From contig CAWJMT010000031.1 in assembly GCA_963844035.1 (NCBI GenBank), positions 19,240 to 83,239 of the forward strand: a stretch of 64,000 nucleotides of DNA, read 5' to 3'. The stretch comes from an uncultured Gemmatimonadales bacterium. GTDB lineage: Bacteria; Gemmatimonadota; Gemmatimonadetes; Gemmatimonadales; GWC2-71-9. The notes under the pieces were generated by a model, which worked only from the letters and a program-made list of their open reading frames with translations, did not search any database and was not told the origin of the DNA. The position numbers and the translations under genes are program-made. Position 1 is the stretch's first letter; each line of letters starts with the position of its first letter. Positions 27,313 to 36,105 of the stretch are shown here, piece by piece.

Positions 27313-27315
27313 GAA

Positions 27316-27360
27316 GCGGCGGTCAGGCGGTCGGGCGGTCAAACTAAAAAGCGGCGGTCA
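27316..27360. repeat. GGCGGTC-type heptamer/octamer array in a convergent gene gap
   Basis: gcggcggtcaggcggtcgggcggtca-aactaaaaa-gcggcggtca; the last unit overlaps the pmbA stop. Confidence 0.7.
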
Positions 27361-28684
27361 ACGTCCGGCGACCGAGACGCCTTCCAGAAGCAACGACGGT
27401 GTCGACCTCCCCCCATACCAGCGTCTGTCGTTCCCAAAGCCGCCAATCCGCTTCAATAATTCGTAGCTGTTTCCCGCGACCGCAGCGTCCTTCACGCGGC
27501 CAGTGATCTCCCCGCGCTCGACCCGGTAGGCGAGCGCCACGGGATGGCTGAACGCGCCGCCAATGATGTTCCCCTGCCCCACACCGATCAGGTCGTCCAC
27601 GAGGAGGCCGTCCTTGATGCCGGCGAGTAGGCCGCCGCCCAACGCCCCGTCCCCCGTCCCCCGTCCCCCGTTCCCGAAAATGATGTTCGTGTATCCCGGC
27701 ACCGGCTTGGAGAAAATGCCGCGCTGACCGTGGCCAGTGCTCGCGGCCCCCGGCACGCGCCGCCGTCTCCAGGTCGTACATGAACGCCTTCACGACGCCC
27801 CGCTCCACAAACGCGGTCGTGCGAGAGGGCACGCATTCGTCGTCGATCGGGCGCGAGGCGGAGCGGCCCGGGGTCAACGGATCGTCGGTCAGGGTGAAGG
27901 CGGGATCGAACACCTGCTCGCCGATTTTCCCGGCGAGGGGCGAGATCCCCTGGAGCACAGCCTTGCCGGAGAGGGCCTGCGTGACTGGAAGGAACAGGGC
28001 CGAAACGCCCGCCGGCGTGAACACGACCGGAAGCGACCCGTCGGGCGAATTCACGATCTTGAGCGCCGGCTCGAGTCGCGATTGGATCGATCGGACCAGC
28101 GCCGTGACGTCCTCGGCGGTCGGCAGGTCGGCCCCCTCGTAGCCGTCCCCGATCGCCAGCACGTCGTTCCCCGCAATCCGCCACACCTCGGCGCTGACGG
28201 CGACCCCGGTCGACTGATACTCCCCCTCGGCGCCCGCCAGGTTCGCCACGCGCGTGGAGGCGATCTCCCGCTCCACCGTCACGTTGACCTGGCAACCCTC
28301 GCGCGCCAGGCGCTCCACCAGCTCACGTCCGATCGCGATCAATGCATCGAGGGGCGCATTGGCGGCGCGCTCGCGTGAGGTAGCGATGCTCGGTAACGGT
28401 GCGCGGGTGGGAAACGCCAATGCAATCGGCTCGCCCAGGCCCGCGGCAGCCACCGCACGCTCGACCAGCGCCGCGGGCGTCGCGTCCATGGCGGTGGAGC
28501 CGGCGACGCCGACCCGCCCGCCACTCACCACCCGGAGATTGATGCCCGCTTCTTCGGTGACGCCCGCCGCCTTGAGCCGCCCCGATTCGAGCGAGACCGT
28601 GGTGCGCTCGGAGCGGCGCCAGAGGCAATCCGCCCCCTCGGCGCCCGCGCTCCGGCGTACGAGATCGAATAGTTGTGGGATCAC
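27358..28684 (-). CDS. pmbA: PmbA/TldE-family metalloprotease subunit (extra G in a G-run near 27759)
   Basis: GTG 28684 overlaps the tldD stop. INLRVVSGGRVGVAGS...PVVFTPAGVSAL... then STGHGQRGIFSKPVPGYTNIIF...NIIGGAFSHPVALAYRVERGEI lies in ORF 27358..27756. Confidence 0.85.
27645..27675. repeat. (CCCCGTC)n heptamer array inside pmbA (G-rich on the coding strand)
   Basis: ccccgtcccccgtcccccgtcccccgttccc; encodes GNGGRGTGDG on the minus strand. Confidence 0.8.
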
Positions 28685-30065
28685 TACGCGGGGACGTCGC
28701 CGCCGACGAGCGCCTCTTCGATGCGCACGTGCGGCGCGCCTTCGGTGACGGCGAGCGGGAACTGCCCGCCCTTGCCGCATCCACCGCCCATCTGATTCCA
28801 GCGGAAGTCGCCGGCGATGCGGTCGATCCGGTCCAACGTCTGGAACAGGTTGCCCGCAATGACCACGTCCTTGACCAGCTCGGCCACCTTGCCGTCGCGG
28901 ATCATGTAGCCGTGGGCAGCGGTGAACGAAAAGTTCTCGAGCATCGTCTGGCCGCCGAACGCACTACAGGCGTACACGCCCAGCTTGATGTCCCCGATCA
29001 GGTCCTCGAACGTGCCCTTCCCGTTCCCGATGTAGGTGTTCGTCATCCGTACGATCGGCGGGTGGCGGAACGACATCGCGCGGGCGTTACCGGTAGGCTG
29101 CTCGTTCATCGCGGCGGCGGTCTCGCGGGAATGCAGCCGGCCCACCAGGATGCCCCTCGCGGATCAGCGGCGTGTCGCGCGTCGGGGTGCCTTCGTCGTC
29201 GTACGGAAGCGTGCCGCGCAGGCCCGGCGCGGCGCCGTTGTCGCCCACGTTCAACGACCGGCTTCCCGAAGCGGCGGCCCAGCGTCATCATCTCGCGCGC
29301 CTGCGGGTTCTCGTACACGAAGTCTGCTTCCGAGAGATGCCCGAACGCTTCGTGGATGAATACGCCGGCGAGCTCCGGATCGAGCACGACAGGATAGGTG
29401 CCGCCCGCGACGCCGGGCGCATCGAGCAGGGCCACGGCGCGGCGCGCCGCGTCCTCAAACCCCGGCGCGGCATCCTGCACGCTGCGCCAGCCGCGCCGCA
29501 GGCCGATCGACTCGAGTCCCTTTTCGATCACGCCGTCACGCCGCGCCACCGCGGTGCCCGACAGCGTCACCTCGGGCCGGACTTCGTGGAGCAGCGCGCC
29601 CTCGGAGTTGACGTACCAGTACTCCGACACTTCGTCGTGGTAGCTCGCGTTGGTGTCCACCACCCGGCCATCCACGGCGAGCATCGCGCCGTTGTATGCC
29701 TCGATCAACCGTTTCTTTTCGGAGAGCGGGATCGCGCGGACGTCGCCGTCCAGATCGAGGGCCACATCGGCCACCTGAGGAGGGACCGCGCCGAGGCGGA
29801 TCGGCCGGTCGAGCTGCACGGCGCGGGACAGCTCGCCCGCGCGGGCGACCATCCCTGAGAGCTGGTCGAGCGAGGTGAACGCGGCGATTCCCCAGCCGCA
29901 CCCGTGGTGCAGGGCGCGCACGAACCCGCCCTGGTCTTCGCTTGCGGTGGCGGTCTCGAGCCGGCGCCCGCGGAAGGCGACGTGCGAGGTCCAGGTGCGT
30001 TCGAGGCGGATTTCGGTGTAGTCGGCGTGCGACGCGCGCAGCGCGTCGGTCAGACGGTCCTTCAC
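28684..30065 (-). CDS. tldD: TldD-family metalloprotease (two frameshifts near 29255 and 29153)
   Basis: GTG 30065 overlaps the upstream stop (GTGA). VVLDPELAGVFIHEAFGHLSEADF (HExxxH) in ORF 29106..30290. NVGDNGAAPGLRGTLPYDDEGTPTRDTPLIREG is in a third frame. GRLHSRETAA...NTYIGNG...GGCGKGGQ is in ORF 28684..29145. Confidence 0.9.
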
Positions 30066-30631
30066 TCCCCGAATTCCCTCAGCTTCTCCGCGTAGTCGGG
30101 GCGTATCACGATCTCGCCGTCGACGATGACCTCGCGGTCCCAGGGGAGAATGATGAAGTTGGTGCTCTCGAGCGCGTAGTAGTCGGGCTTGTAGTCGCCG
30201 GTGCGGAACGAGACGGCGGTCTTGACGGCCGCGGGGTTCAGCTCGCGCACGGCCGACAGCGCCAGCTTCATGGTGTCGCCCGAGTCGCACGTCTCATCCA
30301 CGATCAGCACGCGCTGCCCGGTGACGATGCGGGAGGGTCCCGCGATCACCGTGGGACGCGCCCCATCCGCCTCGCGGGTGATGGCGATGGACGCGAAATT
30401 TCGCTGCAGGATGCTCGCGACCACGGCGCCGGGGATGACGCCCGCGCGGGCGATTCCGATCACAAGCTGCGGATCGTAGTCGCGGAAAATCTTCAGGGCG
30501 AGCGCCCGGCACAGCTCACCGAAAAACGGCCAGTCCACCTGGAGCACACCGTGCGGGGCCTTGTGCACCGGCCGACCGGCCCGGCGCTGGGGCGGCGGTG
30601 GGGGGAACGGGGGCATCGAGCGGGAAGGCAT
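30062..30631 (-). CDS. Phosphoribosyltransferase (purine PRT-like)
   Basis: PRPP-binding motif VLIVDETCDSGDTM; first gene of the PRT-tldD-pmbA operon. Confidence 0.7.
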   Translation of the reverse strand: MPSRSMPPFPPPPPQRRAGRPVHKAPHGVLQVDWPFFGELCRALALKIFRDYDPQLVIGIARAGVIPGAVVASILQRNFASIAITREADGARPTVIAGPSRIVTGQRVLIVDETCDSGDTMKLALSAVRELNPAAVKTAVSFRTGDYKPDYYALESTNFIILPWDREVIVDGEIVIRPDYAEKLREFGE

Positions 30632-30683
30632 CGTATCGGAACCTACATTGCTAAACGATGACGCCGCAAGCTATTTTCGGCAC

Positions 30684-31139
30684 ATGGGTTTTTGGCGCCG
30701 ACTGTTCCGCCGCTCAGTAGGCGACGATCTCCAACCCAAGCGTCTCGACTATCTCAACGAGGCGCTGGCCCTCGAGCGTCAGGGCGATTACGAAGCCGCC
30801 CTCACCTCGTACCGGTTGGCGTTGCGCGACTACCCGAACGACGCCCGTATCCTCCAGAACATGGCGATCGCGTTCACCAAAACGCGGCGCATCGACGAAG
30901 CCATCCGGCACTATCGGCGGGCACTCGAGCTCGATACCAGCCTCGCCGGGGCGCACTACGGGCTCGCTTTCCTGCTGCTCAAGCGCGGCGACCCCGACGG
31001 CGCCGAGCAGCATCTCAAGGCGTTCCTGCTGCACCCGCCCAAGGGACCGGACGCGCAGAAGTGGGTGGAGCACGCCATGCAGGCGCTACGGGACCTCGGA
31101 GCCGGGCCGCCGCAGGCGCTCTCGGCGGAGGCGCCCTGA
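30684..31139 (+). CDS. Small TPR-repeat protein
   Basis: MGFWRRLF...LNEALALERQGDYEAALTSYRLALRDYPNDARILQNMAIAF...AIRHYRRALELDTSLAGAHYGLAFLLLKRGD. Confidence 0.65.
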   Translation: MGFWRRLFRRSVGDDLQPKRLDYLNEALALERQGDYEAALTSYRLALRDYPNDARILQNMAIAFTKTRRIDEAIRHYRRALELDTSLAGAHYGLAFLLLKRGDPDGAEQHLKAFLLHPPKGPDAQKWVEHAMQALRDLGAGPPQALSAEAP

Positions 31140-31495
31140 GCCGCTGGCGCCGGGCCGGCACCGGCCTGCTCATCTTATCGGCCGTGGGGGTATGGATGGG
31201 AGCATGCAGGATCAATCCCGATCTCGATGCGGTCATCCAGATCACCGTCGCCGTCGCCGATTCGGTCGAAATGACCGATACTCTGCGCGCCCACGCCAGC
31301 GCGGGCACGGCGCGAGGCGACACTGTGCCAATGACGTTCACCTGGACGAGCTTTGACACGTTGGTCCTCGCGGTGGCCGATAGCGTGGCGGGCGTGTTCG
31401 TCGGCCGGCAGGTCGGCGCGACCCGTATCCAGGTCCACTCAGACAACCTGTACAGCAACCCGATCACGATTACCGTGACGCCAGCGACACCGTGA
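31136..31495 (+). CDS. Small lipoprotein with Ig-like (Big_2-like) domain; start codon uncertain
   Basis: RWRRAGTGLLILSAVGVWMGAC is lipoprotein-signal-like, followed by a beta-rich domain (ATRIQVHSDNLYSNPITITVTP). No ATG/GTG is in frame; only CTG 31136 overlaps the upstream stop. Confidence 0.4.
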   Translation: MSRWRRAGTGLLILSAVGVWMGACRINPDLDAVIQITVAVADSVEMTDTLRAHASAGTARGDTVPMTFTWTSFDTLVLAVADSVAGVFVGRQVGATRIQVHSDNLYSNPITITVTPATP

Positions 31496-33316
31496 GCCCC
31501 GCGACCAAGGGCACCCTCACCCGCCTGTTCTTCGACGCGCTCGAGCGGCATCGGGGGCTGCCCGCTGCGCTCCGGCACAAGGTCGGCGACCGCTGGGTCG
31601 CCCTGACGCACAGCGAGGTGGAAGAGAGGGTCCGCGCCGTGTCGCTCGGCCTGCGCGAGCTCGGCGTGAGCCCAGGGGACCGGGTGTCGATCCTGTCGGA
31701 GAACCGCCCCGAGTGGGCGATCGCCGACTACGCCTGCCTGTGCGCGCGGGCAGCGGATGTACCGATCTACCCGACCCTGCCGGCGAAGCAGGCGGAGTAC
31801 ATCCTGCGCGACGCGGGCGCGGTGGCCGTGTTCTGCTCGACCGCCGCGCAGCTCGCGAAGGTGCTCGAGGTGCGGGCCAACCTGCCGGCGCTGCGGCACA
31901 TCATCGCGTTCGATCCCGCCACCCAGGACGGGGTGATGAGCTTCGCCGACCTCGAGGCGCGCGGCCGCGCCGCGGTCGGGAAGTATCCGCAGTACCGCGC
32001 TGAGGCGCTCGCGGTCGAGCCCGACCAGCTGGCGACGTTGATCTATACGTCGGGCACCACCGGCGACCCGAAGGGCGTGATGCTGTCGCACAACAATCTC
32101 TGGTCGAACGTGCTGTGACTCGCTCCAGACCATGACGGTCGTCCCGGGAGACGAGTGCCTCTCCATGCTGCCGCTGTCGCACGTGTTCGAGCGGATGGTG
32201 GGGTATACGATGTTCCACGGCGGCGTGATCATCAACTATGCCGAGTCGTTCGACAAGGTCGCCGACAACATGCGGGAGGTGCGCCCCACCGTCGTGCTGT
32301 CGGTGCCCCGCTTCTACGAGAAAGTGTACGCGCGGGTGCTCGAGAACGCGCTCGCGGGGAGTGCGGTGAAGCGCAACATCTTTTTCTGGGGCAAACGCAC
32401 CGGCGACGCATGGGCCACCTATCGCCTCGCCGGGCTGGCCGTCCCGGCGGGGCTCAAGTTCAAGCACGCGATCGCCGACCGGCTGGTGTTTTCCAAGCTG
32501 CGCGCCCGCACCGGCGGCCGCGTCAAGTTCTTCGTGTCCGGGGGCGCGCCCTTGTCGGCGGAGATCGCGAAGTTCCTGTTCAGTGCGGGTCTTCCCGTGT
32601 GCGAAGGGTACGGCCTGACCGAGACGTCCCCCGTGCTGACGATCAACCCGGTCGAGCGCATCAAGGTCGGCACGGTGGGCGCGGCGATTCCGGGCGTGCA
32701 GCTCCGCATCGCGCCGGACGGTGAGATCCTCGCCAAGGGACCGGGGATCATGCAGGGCTACTACAACAAGCCCGAGGCCACGCGCGAGGCGATCGATGCC
32801 GAGGGGTGGTTTCACACCGGCGACATCGGCGAGCTCGACGCCGACGGCTATCTGAAAATCACCGACCGCAAGAAGGATCTGATCGTCACCGCCGGGGGCA
32901 AGAACATCGCGCCGCAGCCGATCGAGAACCTCGTCAAGCACAACAAGTTCGTCGCCAACGCGGTGATGCTGGGCGACAGGCGCAAGTTCACGATCATGCT
33001 GGTGGTGCCGAATTTCGACAACCTGGAGCGGTGGACGGCGGAGCGGCGGTTGTCCGCGAGCACGCGCGCGGCGCTGATCGCGCTGCCCGACGTGCAGGCC
33101 AAGGTGGAGCGCGAGGTGATGGGCGAGCTGCGCGAGCTGGCCAAGTACGAGATGCCGAAGCGGGTGCTGCTGCTCGAGCACGACTTCACGATCGACTCGG
33201 GCGAGCTGACGCCGACGCTCAAGGTCAAGCGGCGCGTGGTGGAGAAGCGCTACAAGGAGCTGGTGGATCGCGCGTACGCCGAGGGGGATCCGCTCACGGC
33301 GTCGTTGGAGGGTTAG
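31492..33316 (+). CDS. Long-chain acyl-CoA ligase (AMP-forming) (apparent frameshift near 32115)
   Basis: LIYTSGTTGDPKGVMLSHNNLWSNV (ORF 31492..32118), then DSLQTMTVVPGDECLSMLPLSHVFER...GYGLTETSP...GWFHTGDIGELDADGYLKITDRKKD...GKNIAP (ORF 32132..33316). Confidence 0.9.
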
Positions 33317-33333
33317 AGCGGCGGTTCGCCGCT
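33317..33333. terminator. Short GC hairpin between convergent genes
   Basis: agcggcg-gtt-cgccgct, directly after the acyl-CoA ligase stop and overlapping the opposing stop; no U-tract. Confidence 0.35.
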
Positions 33334-33956
33334 CATAGAGGGACCGCGTATCCCTGGATATTGCTCGCCACGAGCCAGCACGGCACGCCAAGCTGGGAGA
33401 AGCGCTGCAGCAGGACGGCACGATCGGCGGCGGTCGGCGCGCCAAACTGCAGCCGGTTGTTGGACTCGTGAATGTCCGTGTAACTCACTCCGACAGGCAG
33501 TCCCGCCACCAACAGGATGTAGCGGTACCAGTCGTGGAGCTGGACCCAATTCCAACGCACCGGGCGCACCACCACCGAATCACGAGCGAATGAGGGATGC
33601 GACCAAGGATAGTGAGCGTCCAGTGAGTCGAGCGCGTCCGCGATATGGGTGGTGTCGACGAACATGAGTACGGGGGTGCTTCGCCCATTGACCGGGGTGA
33701 GGTACATGCCGGCCCATCCGCCCGGCACAAAGGCCGAGAGGTTGTACCACGCATCGTCAATGGTGAGGGAACCCGTCTGAGGCACAGGAGGGAGGGAGCT
33801 ACGGCGCGCCGCGGAGAGGCTTACGGCGGGCGCCGCGGAGTCACATCCAGGAGGATTGGCCCACACGAATGACGGATCCGCGTTGGCATCCGACACCGGG
33901 TCGGAACAAGCAACCCAGATCAGAGCGAGAGGCACGGCACTCAGGAAGCGACGCAT
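33333..33956 (-). CDS. Hypothetical lipoprotein
   Basis: MRRFLSAVPLALIWVAC lipobox; no family recognised; lower-GC context. Confidence 0.55.
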   Translation of the reverse strand: MRRFLSAVPLALIWVACSDPVSDANADPSFVWANPPGCDSAAPAVSLSAARRSSLPPVPQTGSLTIDDAWYNLSAFVPGGWAGMYLTPVNGRSTPVLMFVDTTHIADALDSLDAHYPWSHPSFARDSVVVRPVRWNWVQLHDWYRYILLVAGLPVGVSYTDIHESNNRLQFGAPTAADRAVLLQRFSQLGVPCWLVASNIQGYAVPL

Positions 33957-34070
33957 CAGCCAGCCCTCCCTTCGGATCCCTCTTTCATAGGCGCTTGAAC
34001 GAGTAAAGCGATGTCACTCGGACCGATCCGTGGGGCGAACGCCTTCCTTCCTTGGTCAACCTATGGTGCG

Positions 34071-34225
34071 CGTCCTATTGGACGTATCCCGGGCTAAAGC
34101 CCGGGCTCGGCGCTTGTGCGCCCTGTAAGGGCGCACCCTTGGGCCGAGCGCGCCCTCTCAGGGCGCGTCCCCACCCTGGCATACCGGCTAAACCTTGCCC
34201 CCCGGGGCCGTAACCCCAGGGGGCA
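34071..34225. other. Run of five GC-rich hairpins (candidate structured RNA or REP-like cluster)
   Basis: H1 34071-34084 cgtcc/ggacg. H2 34088-34105 cccgggc-taaa-gcccggg. H3 34106-34148 ctcggc...gtgcgccc-tgtaa-gggcgcac...gccgag. H4 34149-34167 cgcgccc-tctca-gggcgcg. H5 34196-34225 tgccccc...gggggca. H2-H4 abut with no spacer. Confidence 0.5.
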
Positions 34226-34263
34226 GGTGTACACCATGCGGGCAGGGATGTCTTAGTGGACCG

Positions 34264-35361
34264 TTAGCAGTCCTCAGGCACCCACACGTTCTCATAATAT
34301 CCGGTTTCTTGCCAGTCGCCATCATAGATGGGCACAACCTCCCAATGTCCGCACTCAGGAGGAGGAGGAGGAGGAGAAGGAGGTACGAAACCAAAGTCGT
34401 TCAGCCTCCAGCTTTGCGGGGATGAAGTTCCCTCACCAAACGATGAATCGTACCAGCCCCGGAATCCCAGATCGGTCCAGAAGCATTCAAATCGTCCACC
34501 GGCGACGCCCGGCCACCACACCCCGGCCGCGTCCAGGAACTGTTTCTGCACGCAGTCGGCGTAGCGCACGGCGTAGCTGCCGATGTTCCCCGATGCTCCA
34601 TTGGGCAGGTACGTTTGTACCCGCAAGGACTGGTCCGCACCCTCGCACGTGTCAAATCCCAACGTGCCGCCCTCATTGCATAAAGCTTGGCTTGAGTAGT
34701 TCGCATGTTTGCTCGTTGCGACCCAGGCTCGGGGATAGGTGCCTGGATGCCCGGGATAAGTAAGGTTCTCTGGGTATTGCGGGGAGCCGGGGCCCGTCCA
34801 GAATTCCTTGGAGAAGAAGCCGTAGTCGTAGTGTGCAGAGTAGTGGGCTTCATCCAGGACCCAATGCTCGGTATTGCTCTTGTAGTAGACCACTAGGGCG
34901 ATCACTTCAGAGTCGCCGTAGTGGGGCTCGATGTGATAGGTGACGTCGCCGTTGTCTATGCGGTACGACAACAGGTACAAGATGATGACCTTGCCGGGAC
35001 CGTATGCTTGAAGCCCCGCCGGCCGAATCGGCTTCTGGTCGCTGGCGGCAGTCGGCCTCGCTGCCCAGCGTGGCTCACGTTCCATGTAGAAACTGGATTT
35101 GTACCGCAGCTCCGGCGCAAATGCGTCGGCGAGTGTTTGTTCGCAGAGGTCCGTCAGGCCGTCCTGGTCCGTGTCCGGCCCGGTGGCGCCCATTGAAGCG
35201 AGGCACGAGTTCACACTGAACCCGAGGTACACACCGTACGCCCCCGGATACGGGTCCACGGCTTGTGGTCGGTCTATCCGGGCAAGCGGGCCGGTGGATT
35301 CCTGGGTGCAGCTCGCGAAGAGGAAGAGGACCGCGGCGGGGAACATCAACAATCGCTTCAT
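34264..35361 (-). CDS. Cys-rich secreted lipoprotein with TSP3-like Ca-binding motif and poly-Pro tract; possible Vps62/DUF946-like core
   Basis: MKRLLMFPAAVLFLFASC lipobox, DTDQDGLTD, HYGDSEVIALVVYY...AHYSAHYD, PPSPPPPPPE encoded by a (GGA)n run at 34358-34383, and 10+ Cys. Lower GC than the flanks. Confidence 0.6.
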   Translation of the reverse strand: MKRLLMFPAAVLFLFASCTQESTGPLARIDRPQAVDPYPGAYGVYLGFSVNSCLASMGATGPDTDQDGLTDLCEQTLADAFAPELRYKSSFYMEREPRWAARPTAASDQKPIRPAGLQAYGPGKVIILYLLSYRIDNGDVTYHIEPHYGDSEVIALVVYYKSNTEHWVLDEAHYSAHYDYGFFSKEFWTGPGSPQYPENLTYPGHPGTYPRAWVATSKHANYSSQALCNEGGTLGFDTCEGADQSLRVQTYLPNGASGNIGSYAVRYADCVQKQFLDAAGVWWPGVAGGRFECFWTDLGFRGWYDSSFGEGTSSPQSWRLNDFGFVPPSPPPPPPECGHWEVVPIYDGDWQETGYYENVWVPEDC

Positions 35362-35380
35362 GGGGCACGTCCGTTAGGAA

Positions 35381-35434
35381 GTGAGAGGTGAGATGTGAGA
35401 GGAGGGGGGTGAGAGGAGGGGGGTGAGAGGAGAG
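35381..35434. repeat. Heptamer-phased array GTGAGAG/GAGGGGG upstream of the lipoprotein gene
   Basis: gtgagag gtgagat gtgagag gaggggg gtgagag gaggggg gtgagag gagag, in strict 7-nt phase. Confidence 0.85.
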
Positions 35435-35489
35435 CGGTCTACCATTTCACAGTACGGCGTGGCACCTGTTGGCGCCATCAGGTGCACCC

Positions 35490-36105
35490 CTAGCCCTTCT
35501 CCCCCGCCCACAACCCCTGCCCCACCGCCAGCCGGTTGATCCCCGCCGGCGGCACCAGGTCTTCCCGCTCGACCACGAACCGCCGCCCGCGTAGCAGCAC
35601 CCGGTGCGCCTCCTCGAGCCACACGGCATCCGATCGATCCGCGCCGAGCACCACGCCGCGCGCCATCGACGGACGCAGCGGAATCGTATTGCGCGAACGC
35701 AACAGGCTCAGCACCGGCGATTCCTCGACGCCCGCCGGCGCATCCACGCCGACGAAATGGATCCCACCCATCAGTGCGGCGAGCCCGGCCGCGTGGCGCG
35801 TCGCCGCGCCCAGCAGGACGACGAAGCCGCCGGGACCGCTTAGATCCAGGAGGGCTTGGAGGGTTTGAGCATCATGGGGAAGGGGGACAGGGGACGGGGG
35901 ATGGGTCTCAGCATCAGCCACCCTCCCCCCGTCCTCCCCTGAAGTCGACAATTCCCTTCGCTATCGGATACTCGCGTTTGCATATCGGACATCCGACAAT
36001 TCCCGACCGCACCATCCGGCCTAACATCTCGCCGGTCGAGAGCACCAAGACATCGAGCGGATGCTCCTCGGGACAGCGCAGCATCTCCGTCAGCTCAATG
36101 TGCAT
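35490..36105 (-). CDS. Trm112-like zinc-ribbon fused to a methyltransferase-like domain (apparent frameshift near 35935)
   Basis: MHIELTEMLRCPEEH...GCPICKREYPIAKGIVDF (ORF 35914..36105), then GEDGGRVADAE...GGFVVLLGAATRHAAGL...HFVGVD (ORF 35490..35951). Confidence 0.55.
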
